A DNA stretch of 64,000 nucleotides from Carcharhinus amblyrhynchos (Eukaryota): NCBI GenBank assembly GCA_965287045.1, contig OZ336885.1:41292001-41356000 (forward strand), written 5' to 3'. Each line of letters opens with the position of its first letter. Position 1 is the stretch's first letter. This document shows, piece by piece, positions 47,911 to 58,860 of this stretch. The notes under the pieces are model-generated. The model did not search any database, had not been told where the DNA came from, and worked only from the letters and a program-made list of their open reading frames with translations. The translations under genes were made by a program, and so were the position numbers.

Positions 47911-48626
47911 AATGGAAAACTTTCCCTCTGTCCCAGATAATTTATACTCCTCCCCCATCTTTTAGCAATCTAAATACAATCAAAGTTTATTGGACGCTAA
48001 TTTGAGAAAAATGGAACAATGTTATTTTTCTTTAATCTTTCATGGAATATGGGCATCACTGACTAGGCTGGGATTTATTGCCCAGCACTAAGTGTTTGAG
48101 AAGGTGAGAGTAAATTGCCTTCTTGAAAGGTGTCAGTGCATGTATTGTAGGAATACCCATAGTGCTGTTCGGGAGGGAGTTCCAGAATTTTGACTTAGTT
48201 GTCCTGTTAAGAGATCATAGTCATGAATCAGCTCTAGGCATGTTGAAATGTTAAATAAGACATGTATTTTTAAAAATGGACAGACAAGTAAACACTGATT
48301 AAGGCTACAAAGTAGTCATTTGCTGAAATTCTGATGTGGATTATCCTTAGTTCTGAGAGAGGCAATGAAATGTTGCAACCTTTTTCCAAATAGAGAGATT
48401 TTAATGAAAATGATGCAATTAAAAATATTAACTGTAATCTCCTGTTGAGATAATGGAAGCTAACTACTATCTCAGTAGAGAGCATCTCCTGTGAGTTATA
48501 TCTCAGATATGTTTGTGTTTTTTTTTCCTTCTAGGAATGCACAAGAAATTGGATTAAAAATCTTCCTAGTCTCAATCTGCTAGTCTGGGGTTCTAGGTCT
48601 ACTTTTCTGGTGAATGCTGTGTGTGA

Positions 48627-49013
48627 CTCATTGAGACATATAAGATGATGAATGGGATGGATAGGATAGAGGTGGAGAGACTCTTCCCGCTCAGAAAGGA
48701 CAGTAGGACTAGGGGGCACAGCCTCAACATAAAGGGGGGGCGGTTTAGAACGGAGTTGAGAAGGAACTTCTTCACTCAAAGGGTGGTGAATCTCTGGAAT
48801 TCTCTGCCCGTTGAAGTGGTGGAGGCTGCCTCGCTAAATATTTTTAAGACGCGGGTTGATGGGTTTTTGATAAGCGAGGGGATTAAGGGTTATGGGGAGA
48901 GGGCGGGAATGTGGAACTGAGCCACGACAGATCAGCCATGATCTTATTGAATGGCGGGGCAGGCTCGAAGGGCTGGATGGCCTACTCCTGCTCCTATTTC
49001 TTATGTTCTTATG
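48627..49013 (+). mobile_element. Young CR1 (family A) 3' fragment with TGTGAC duplication
   Basis: ORF 48645-48920 matches the family-A C-terminus; TGTGAC at 48622-48627 and 49012-49017. Confidence 0.95.
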
Positions 49014-49605
49014 TGACAGCTGAAGAACATTGCCGAGGCATCACTACTGTTACAGATAAAAACTTTCTTTCTCTGATTGCGGAAAGCAAGTCAAGCCAGA
49101 AAAGCTACAGTGTATTAGAAAACAGGACAACTCCTCTCAGCTAAGCTAAAGAACCAAAAATTTCCAAACCAACTACCCAACTTATAAAGTCAGCACTACT
49201 GGAATCACCCAACCTGACAGCCTCAACATTTTACTACCTATTCTTTATGGACAAACCAAGTATTGACCTGCATATGTTTTTTCTTAGCTCTTACTTCTGG
49301 ACTCACTTCCCATTTCTCATCTGTGTTTATTTGGGTGTGTTTGATTCACTTCTCACATTTCAGTAACAAGTGAACTCACACTTTTAGCTCAAGAAAGCCT
49401 AGTTAATTTGGCTTCTTTTAAAACAAACACATTTGGACTGGGAAATAATATGAACAAAGGAAGGATTTGTTTTTAATTATCTTTGTTGCCAACCAATGGG
49501 GCTGAATGAAGAAAGGGAGTCTGTTCACCCCTCCTCATCGGATGCATAACAATTTGGAGGTATCCCATCTGGAATCATAACAAATTGGGGGACATCACTT
49601 GGGAA
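49012..49605 (+). mobile_element. LTR relic ending CATAACA, followed by PBS-like sequences
   Basis: CATAACA-ATT-TGGAGG... and CATAACA-AAT-TGGGGG... Confidence 0.45.
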
Positions 49606-49619
49606 CTAGTGGTAAAACA

Positions 49620-50100
49620 GTGACGGTGAAGGAGTGGTGATATAGTTCCAAGTCAAGATGGCTTACAGTTTGGAGGAAGCCAGCATGTGCTGGTATTCCC
49701 AGGTATCTGCTGCCTTTGTTCTTCTAGTTGGAGAAGGACATGGATTTGGAAGATGCGATTGAAGGAGAATTGGTAAGTTGCTGCAGTGCATCTTGTAGAA
49801 GGTACACACTGTTACCACTGTGCATTGGTAATCTAGGGAGTGAAAGTTGAAGGTGGTGGATGAAGTGCTAATCAAGTGGACCGCTCCATCCTGGATGATG
49901 TCAAGTTTCTTGATGTAGTTGGGGCTGGACTCATCCAGGCAAATGGAATATATTCCATCAGACTCCTGACTTGTGCTTTGCAGATGATGGGCAGGCTTTC
50001 GGGAGTCAGGAGGTGAGTTAGCCGCCACAGAATTCCCAGCCTCTAACCTGTGTTTGTAGTCACAGCATTTATATGGCTGGTCCAGTTCACTTTCTGATCA
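49620..50100 (-). mobile_element. CR1-group LINE (family B) fragment
   Basis: Collinear with 2370-3300 and with the reverse complement of 25850-26200. Confidence 0.8.
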
Positions 50101-51038
50101 TGTTGTTGATCTATATCATCATCTGTTGTCAATCATGTTTATCGGCACTTGAACAGCACGGAACACATAAGCAGTTGATAGTTGATGCACTCATGCATAC
50201 ATGCAGCATCTCCTTGGCTTCTTCATGAATTGAACCAACATCTTTTGGACTCCATAGTTTTTCATGTAGCAACCACTAAATGTGGAAAGCAATTGATAAA
50301 ACTCTAGAACATTAGCAGATATCAACAGATGCGCTCAATGCCCACGTCCACAGAATTAACTTGAAATTTCCAAAAAAGATGTATAAAAACTCATGTATTT
50401 GTTCCCACATTTCCTTCAGAAGAATTCAAGAGATCTACTCATGCATTTTATATCAGTGATTCCTTTTAAATACTACTGTATCTTTAACAAATGAATTTTA
50501 TATCCTCACCCATGCCTTCAGTGTTCATGAGTAATGTTTTGACACTCCAGCTACCTTCTGTTCTTTCAGGTCAGGAAACTATTCACAAACATATATTGTA
50601 TTGTTTTCATTACTAATACTTTGCAGGGAACATTACATCTAGAGTGCAATGTTTGCTTTATGGTGCTGCCAAGGGTCAATCGTGTACTGCATTACAAAGC
50701 ATACAATGGGTAAAAAAAAATCTTGACAGCTTTTAGACACCAGAACAGCTTCATCTTACTCCTGTGAAGAGGGAAGGATTGAAGCTGAAACCTTGTGTAG
50801 ACAAAGAGAAGGAAAGATCTATTAGTGGAATGAATGATGTGGGAGGCTGCTAGGTTTAAATAATTTGTTAATAGATAATGAGTACATTTCATTGCAAAGA
50901 TATTTGATTTGAGCATTTAGAATTTTCTTTCAAATTCAGTTTAAATTTTGGAAGCTCTGTTACTTTTATGTGACAATCTGGCTGTATGATTCTCTATAAA
51001 TTAATTTAGCAGCAAGTTGATAAGCTTCCAATGATTAC

Positions 51039-51287
51039 TGTACTATACAGAGGGTTAGCATGAAACTGCATACTGTGCTGCCCACATAGTAAGTGAACAC
51101 ATGACCTGTATCTAAAGGTCAGTGTTGTATGGACAGAGCCATGGGCTGAAGCAAGCATGGAGACAGCTCCTAACTTGGACCTTTACTGTACCCATATATA
51201 TAGCTTGCCATAGTTAATAAATACTTACTGCTGAGGTTACTTAGGACTACAAGTACTTTAATAGGACCCACCAAAGTTCGCCAAACA
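51039..51287 (+). mobile_element. Probable solo LTR
   Basis: TGT...ACA ends, TATATA and AATAAA. Confidence 0.45.
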
Positions 51288-51495
51288 CCTTGCAATATGA
51301 TGGCCATGAACAGGACAACTCAAAATCTCACAGAAACTACAGAGGAGCAAAACTGTTGGAAAACTGAAGGTAAAATCAACAAATCATTCTGACCTGAAGA
51401 AAGGCTCCAGAAGTGAAGGCTTGAAGGAAATAGCCAGACCGAAAATATAAAGAAAGGCTTGGAAGTCAAAGGCAAGAATTAAATAATCCCATGCG

Positions 51496-52607
51496 CATAA
51501 GAACATAAGAAATAGGAGCAGGACTAGGCCATCTAGCCCCTCGAGCCAGTCCCGCCATTCAATAAGATCATGGCTGATCTGTCATGTCTCAGTTCCACCT
51601 TCCCGCCCTCTCCCCATAACCCTTAATCCCCTTGCCTATCAAAAACCTATCAACCTGCGTCTTAAATATATTTAGCGAGGCAGCTTCCACCACTTTAACG
51701 GGCAGAGAATTCCAGAGATTCACCACCCTTTGAGTGAAGAAGTTCCTCCTCAACTCCGTTCTAAACCGTGCCCCCCTTTATCTTGAGGCTGTGCCCTCTA
51801 GTCCTACTGTCCTTTCTGAGCGGGAAGAGCCTCTCCACCTCTATCCTATCCATCCCATTCATCATCTTATATGTCTCAATGAGATCTCCCCTCATTCTTT
51901 TCAACTCTAACGAGTACAAGCCTAGTTTATTCAGCCTCTCCTCATAGTTCAACCCCCTCAACTCCAGTATCAGCCTAGTAAACCTCCTCTGCACTCCCTC
52001 CAAGGCCAAAATATCCTTGCGCAAGTGCGGCAACCAAAACTACACACAGTACTGCAGCTGCGGCCTCACCAGTGCCCTGTACAGCTGCAGCAAGACCTCC
52101 CTACTTTTATATTCAATCCCCCTCGCTATGAAGGCCAGCAACCCATTTGCCTTCCTGATCACCTGCTGCACCTGAAGGCTGGGTTTTTGTGACTCATGCA
52201 CAAGGACCCCAAGGTCCCTCTGCACTGTTGCATGCTGCAGTTTTTCGCCATGTAAGTAATAGTCCTTCCTACCATTATTCCTACCAAAGTGGACAACTTC
52301 ACATTTGCCAACATAAAATTCCATTTGCCAGTTCCTGGCCCATTCGCCCAGCCTATCTAGATCCTTCTGCAGACTCTCCACACCCTCCGCACAATTTGCC
52401 GTTCCACCAATCTTGGTGTCATCAGCAAATTTCAACACCCTACACTCGGTTCCCTCCTCCAGATCGTCTATATAAATGGTAAATAGCTGAGGCCCCAGCA
52501 CCGACCCCTGGGGCACTCCACTAGTCACCAACCGCCAATCCGAATAGCACCCATTGACCCCCACTCTCTGCCTCCTATTTGACAGCCAATCCCCTATCCA
52601 CGCTATC
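51496..52607 (-). mobile_element. Young CR1 (family A) RT fragment with frameshifts
   Basis: ORFs 52040-52564 (GVPQGSVLGP, FADD) and 51761-52033; (CATAAGAA)2 tail. Confidence 0.95.
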
Positions 52608-52620
52608 CCCTATCCATGGA

Positions 52621-52943
52621 AGGGCGGCACAGTAGCGCGGTGGCTAGCACTGCTGCTTCACAGTTCCAGGGACCTGGGTTCGATTCCCGGCTTAGGTCAC
52701 TGTCTGTTTGCAAATTCTCCCCGCATCTGTGTGGGTTTCCTTCGGGTGCTCCAGTTTCCTCCCACAGCTCAAAGATGTGTGGATTAGGTTGATTAGCCAT
52801 GCTAAAATTGCCCCTTAGTGCCCTGAGATGTGTGGATTAGTGGGTAAGTGTGTAGGGACATGGGAATAGGGCTGGGTGGGATTGTGGCCAGTGCAGACTC
52901 AATGGGCCAGATGGCCTCTTTCTGCACTGTAGGATTTCTACGA
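52621..52943 (+). mobile_element. HE1-like SINE
   Basis: GGGCGGCAC..GCACTGCTGCTTCACAG..GGTTCGATTCC..TCCCACAG. Confidence 0.9.
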
Positions 52944-53519
52944 TGAAGTCCACTTGCATTACTCTGACTATGTACAGTAAGCAGACCTAGCAGGGACGAG
53001 CTAAAAATTAAAATTCCTGGATAACACAAGTACTGAAGAAATGTTAAGTGCTGTAGTGGTTCCTCCATGTTTGGTAAAATCAAAAATAAAAATAACTATT
53101 CTGATCCTTCGGGCCAGGGTTTCCTTCCCGGATCCCCCCTTTCCAGTTCTAACACCAACTGGATCGTAACAGTCAGAAATTGGTATTTAAATCACAGTCC
53201 AAGCTTCAATGGTTCCCAAGTCGGGTGCCTGAACATCTGGCGGCCAATCTTGTTCTGAATGAAGAATTAAAACAATTAAAAATTAATTACAACTGACGAA
53301 TCCTGAGAACATTGCACAAAGTGGGGAGGACTCTAATCAGTCAATCCAGATGGCTATTGCTGAAAATATTTAAATGCTGAAATCACAAGCACCATTAATG
53401 TGAGAGCCCACCAAAACCAGCAAGAGTAGGGAAACCCTTAGTGAAGCATATGGTGGTGCTATATTGGTTTTGCAGAAATCTCATAAAGCTGGACCTGCAA
53501 TTTAAAAATTTAAACCATG

Positions 53520-55295
53520 GATCAGAAATCCACTCTTCCAGAGCATTGTTGTGTTAACTGGGGCCCAGATCAATCACAAAATTGGGAACTTTGGACAAGG
53601 AGATTCCTTACATATATGATTGCTTCAAATCTCGATAAAAATGCAGAAAATGAACAAGTTAACATGCCACTCTATTCAGTAGATCTGATGATATAAAAGC
53701 TACTTAAGAAATCAACAAATCAAAGAACAAGAACAAAGAACAACACAGCACAGGAAACAGGCCCTCCGGCCCTACAAGCTCACGTTGCCCATTTTAACAC
53801 TCAGTGAGTGCCTCATTCCAATCCTTTTGTCTATGCCTCTTGGACTCCACAATAAAGGGGTGCAAATTTAGAGAATTATGTGTGCGCCAGATTAAGGGCG
53901 GTCTAATTTAGGGAAAATTTATTAACACCAATCAGCCTAAAAGCACATTTTTGGGGTGTGGGAGGAAACCGGAGCACCAGAGAAAACCCACGCAAGCACA
54001 TGGAAAATGTGCAAACTCCCACAGACACCGACCCAAGTCAGAGATCCGACCCGGGTCCCTGTATCTGCGCAGCAAACAGTGATAGTCACTGAGCTGTTGT
54101 GTTGGTCAATTGGTCCAGTTTAAGCGTACACTAACGACGTGAAGCACTTGGCAACTCTCGAAGCATTTGCAAAACTTCGTAAAGTTTGGAAATCATTCAG
54201 CAATCATTCGAACCTCAGAAGTTACAAAATCCTTGAAAGCATTAAATTTAACGATTGTGTCTATCAACTGTAGGAGTGGCAGACAACACACTCTCACACA
54301 CGAGTCAAGTGATGGAAGATCTATCCTTGAGAAAGCCATTCAGATTGTCAGGCAATCCGACATCTGTTTGCTGGACAGATCTATATTAAGAAGAGAAAGC
54401 AAACTATGGCATAAAATAAATCCAGCTGTCCAGTTAGTGAAACAACACAGAAACAGGGACATTTCAGGCCAAGGGAAACAACACCCTAACCATCAATAGA
54501 CTAACCATGCCAGTGCTGAGAAGTAAAACAGCCCTACAGGTGCAATCAATGTCTGGCATTTTCATCCCAAAGCTGGTGAATGGTAAAGGTAGAGTTACTG
54601 AAGTGCCACACGACCATAGATTGCTTTCCTTTTTGAAGAGGAGAGCTGGCTGCTGGTGATTTAACTGGGAATCTACATCCAAATAGGACACTTTGGGAAG
54701 CTGTGCAAAGTAAACCTCAAAAGATACAAGACGCCAAGAGGATTCATAAGGTCCAGACACCACACCAAGAAGACACATAATAATGCTCCTTCGGTGAGGT
54801 CAAAGATCCTGGATTCTCATTCCAGCGTGGAGGCATCTCACTTAATGACCACCTCACAAAGCGTAAGTTGAACGCGGGAGCCAGTATTACCGTCCAGTTG
54901 GGCAGAGAATCAGAGTTGGTGACCCAACGATTGATGCCACCCACAGTGCACCTGTCCAGAGCAGGAGGCATCAAACTCCTGGTAAAAGGGACTCTGGAGG
55001 CAACTCTCAGGACCCAAGACAGAATAATCTGAGGGATCCTGTTTCTGGTCCACAATGTTTGAATGTTCAATCAGCTGAAAAGCCTGCACTGACCTAAACA
55101 TTTACACTATGGTTTTCTGAGGTAATGCCAGCCTCAGAACTGAATGAGTCCCTCCATATTTGAATCATCTTGACATAGCTCAATGAAACCATAGCCAAAG
55201 AAGTACACCCAATGTCTTCAGTGGATTGAAGCCCGACTAAACTCTCCAAGAGCTTGGTGTTTTCAAAACACAATGCCAACTGTGGTCTTTGGCAG
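53520..55295 (+). pseudogene. Gypsy gag-pro-RT relic, interrupted by SINEs
   Basis: DQSQNWELWTRRFLTYMIASNLDK (gag N-terminus), LEKAIQIVRQSD (gag), KLNAGASIT (decayed protease DTG), LNETIAKEVHPMSSVD..VFSKHNANCGLWQ (RT). Confidence 0.8.
53715..54100 (-). mobile_element. HE1-like SINE, indel-rich
   Basis: (AACAAAG)n tail; TGTGGGAGGAAACCGGAGCACC..AACCCACGCA. Confidence 0.8.
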
Positions 55296-55299
55296 AGGT

Positions 55300-57620
55300 C
55301 CAGCTGGTGTTTCTCCTCCCTATGGGTTCCTGAGGGCCCCTGGCTGATTGCCTGAGGAGAAAGGGCAGCTGGAGTGAGATAGAGATACCTGGCCCCTCTC
55401 TTGTATCACCACTGATGTCACCAGTGGCTACAGTAATGGAGCACTCCTCCTACAGCAGTGCAACATCAATGACCCAGATTAAGGTCCCTATGGTGGCTGC
55501 CAAACTCACTGCATTTGCTTGCTGATGACTTCAGACTAAATACAAATGGACTCCCCCCATTGTACATTAAAACCTGAAGATCGCAGCTGACATCACTTCC
55601 TGATATTCCTTTAACTATTGCAACAGTTCCAGTAACTGATTTAAGACCCAATCTGGAGGCTCGCCATCTGCCTTGGACTCCACAGATCCATGGCCTCCAG
55701 CAATCCTCCAAATATCAGCAACATGGAATGCCCCTGCCTCCACATGCTGTGGATCAGATTTGTGTGCTGTGCTCACCAGATTGTGAACCTGAGCCTGATC
55801 CCACTGAGGTGTGAGGTGGAGGTTATGGGTAAGTGTTGTGGTGGATCTTTAACGGTGCTGCCGTCAGGTTCATCTGGAAGGTATCCTGCACTTAGGATCT
55901 CACTAATGTACAGCCCCAGGCACTTGATAAAGGAAACTCAGAAAGACAGTCAAGATAATTAGTGCATGGCAGCCAGATATAAAATAGAACAGTGCACTTA
56001 CAGTGGCATTGACTGCTGGACAATCAGGATCCTCATGTGGTTCTTGGCTCACTGTCACTGCAGGCATGGTCCTCATCTTCTCTAGCCAGTTCAATGGCAC
56101 AATTCTTAAACTCCATGATGATCAGATGATCACTTCACACCTGAGACTTCTCTCTTTTACTGTACATGATCATGTCCTGCAGATTACCAGGCTGATTCTG
56201 GGATGACAGGACTGTCATATGAGAAGAGATTAAGTTAATTAGATATATATTCATTGGAGTTTTGAAGCGTGAGACAGAATCTCTTAGAAACTTATAAAAT
56301 TCTAACAGGATTAGACAGGGTCAACTTAAAAAGAATGTTCCCAATGGTGGGGAGAGTCCAGAACTAGGGGTCATAGTTTGAGGATAAGGAATAAAGCTTT
56401 TAGGACTGAGGTCAAGAGAAATTTCTTGACCCAGGGGGTAGTGAATCTGTGGAATTCACTTCTACAGGAAATAGTTGAGGACAAAATGTTGTGTGATTTC
56501 AAGAAGGAATTGCATATAGGGGACAATTCTCCCAAAAATATTCTAAGTGTCAAATTTGCTTGAAAATTGGAAAAAAAAAATGACGTTTTTTTTATTGGGA
56601 GTTTAGATGGAAAGAGTGCAAGTGACGTGTCAGACCAGGTGAGAAGGTTGCCTAACCTTTGTGATAGTGAGCGATGTCATGGACAGAATGAGAGTACAAT
56701 CAGCAGAAGAGTTGAAGGTGCATGTGAAGAAGCAAGTAATTATGTCCTTTGAGCTGGTAGTGAGTGTGATGCCAGTGAATGTGTGAAGGGCTTGTGAACG
56801 TGTGAGTTGAGAATAATGAGAGGGTTGGCTTACACTGGATGAGACATTCATCCCCTTTGTGCCCTGAATAATTAATCTCTCCTGTGCAGCACTAGCATTG
56901 ACTACTGCTGTTGATGCATCCATAACCAGGCTTGTCACCTTGCTGGAACTCCTGCTCCCAGTGAAGGAGTAACGGACATAGTGGCAGGTCTCCATAGTGT
57001 CCAGCATATGGCCTAGGAAGGCATCTCTGAACTTGGGGGGGGGGGGGGGAGGTGTTGGTGGAGGGGGTGTGATGAGGGGGGAAACAATCCTTTTGGCCTT
57101 TGTGTGTCATCTCTGTGCTCTATGTTCTGAAGCAGCCTTGAGCTGCATAGATTGATATAGGTGTGCACAGGCACAGTTTAAATATGGCAGTCACAGTGAA
57201 GAAGCACTGAGGTGATGGCATGGTGGGCAAATCAGAGGCTACCTACCAGCAATCTGACATGGTGTCTGTGCCTGTATAATTAATGAGCTGGGGGTGGATA
57301 AAATGACCAAAAAAACTGTCACTAAAGCCAGCAGGGAAAACATCAATTTACAATACCAGTACCACATGCAATTCGGGGAAAGTACCAAGCTAAGAATAAG
57401 AAAGTAGAAGCATTGAAATAAAAATCGACACATAAGCAGAGTGAGTCATCTCTGCATATCTCCCAGGTATAAAACCCAATGCTTACATTGCTGTGCTGTT
57501 GTGTGTCATTGGGAAAGAGAGATTGTGGGCACAAAATGGCTATTTAATGCCTTAATTGTTTTAACTTGCTGCATATTTCACCCACGGATGCCTCCTACCT
57601 CACTGGCAACGCACACCTTA
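55300..57620 (-). mobile_element. Decayed Harbinger transposon with a spliced Myb/SANT-like DNA-binding gene
   Basis: MTHKGQK..PKFRDAFLGHMLDTMET..VVNASAAQERLIIQGTKGMN|gtaagc resembles the Myb_DNA-bind_5 pattern; exon 2 cag|DMIMYSKREKSQ..AIELAREDEDHACSDSE|gtaagt at ~56000-56176. No transposase seen. Confidence 0.65.
56188..56518 (+). mobile_element. CR1 fragment nested in a Harbinger intron
   Basis: FRTEVKRNFLTQGVVNLWNSL; same subfamily as 21445. Confidence 0.9.
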
Positions 57621-57684
57621 GAAACTGAGAAGAGTCTTGAGCTTGACCCAGAACGTAGAAACCGCGATGACCCTTGACCCAGAA

Positions 57685-57785
57685 GTCTGACAAAAGGTCA
57701 TCCAGATTTGAAACATTAGCTGTATGCTCGCTCCACATGCGGTCAAACCTGCTCAGGCTTTCCAGCATTTTCTGTTTTTGTTTGC
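57685..57785 (+). mobile_element. Penelope-type terminus (second family) with a decayed hammerhead core
   Basis: TCTGACAAAAGGTCATCCAGATTTGAAACATT...TTCCAGCATTTTCTGTTTTTGTT. Confidence 0.55.
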
Positions 57786-57809
57786 TCTGTGGACCAGTAT
57801 GTCAACAGA

Positions 57810-58570
57810 TTTGACATACAACAAAGGAAAGCTAATGAGGCCAGTTATCCACAAGTTAAGTGTGACAGACTACCATTAAATTTCAGTGACCTTTGACTAC
57901 ATTACTGAAGCTTGCTTCAGTAATATAATTCAACAGTGCTGAAATCATGCTATCTCAAAACTCAGAGACCTGGGCGGCATAGAGATCAACATTCAACAAT
58001 GCAATAGAGAAAGACTCTGTCACACTTTCCTTTAATGAACTGAGAGACTTCAAAGTCTTTTTAATAACCACCTCAGCTTGATACTAAAATCCCCGAGTTT
58101 ACCTGAGAATAATTTTGATCTCCAGTTACAATAGCCACTGGAGCCTGACAATATGACCTGCTGAATAGTCTTCACTTTGAAAGAATGCTGCAGTTAATCC
58201 AGATCCCAGCCCAGCTATTTGAACTCATGTGGACTACAATTGCAGAATGGAAAAAGGTTCCCTCCTTCACTGGACTCTCAGAAAGATCAAAACCATAACT
58301 ATTCTTTTGGCTTAATATTTGTAGAGTGTATTACCTTCTTTCACTGTATCTTTCTTGACTAAGTGGTATGTGTCTAATGTCACACTGGTATTTTTCAGGG
58401 TGAAAGTGTAAATAAATAATCCACTTGGTTTAAATCGATGAAAGTCTGCTGTTGGCCACCTTTAAACTGACAGCACACTAATGAGGATTTGGGAAGCACA
58501 CACTTCCACCTTTTTGAAAAATAATCCGCATTCATTACAGACAGAGGAGAAGGCAACTTTATTATTTTAT
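57810..58570 (+). mobile_element. LTR-like relic
   Basis: Layout similar to 34540-35053. Confidence 0.35.
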
Positions 58571-58772
58571 CTTTCTCCCCTGTTGTTAATAATAATTTAA
58601 GATATCATTTGAGCTCTTGGCTTGTTAAAATTTCCCAATTTCTATTGTTGCTATTCAATATCTATAGTGATAATGTCATCCAGAAAATAGTGTGTTATAT
58701 GTTCAAACAAATTCCATTTTTCTTTTAACTAAGAATTATGTTTCTGTAATTTCCCCTGAATTACAGCGTTTC

Positions 58773-58860
58773 ATGGGTGGCATGATGGCACAGTGGTTAA
58801 CACTGCTATCCCACTGCGCTAGGGACCTGGGCTCAATTCCTGCCTCAGGTTACTAATCGG
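58773..58860 (+). mobile_element. SINE tRNA head fragment
   Basis: GGGTGGCATGATGGCACAGTGGTTAACACTGCT..GGCTCAATTCC. Confidence 0.75.
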
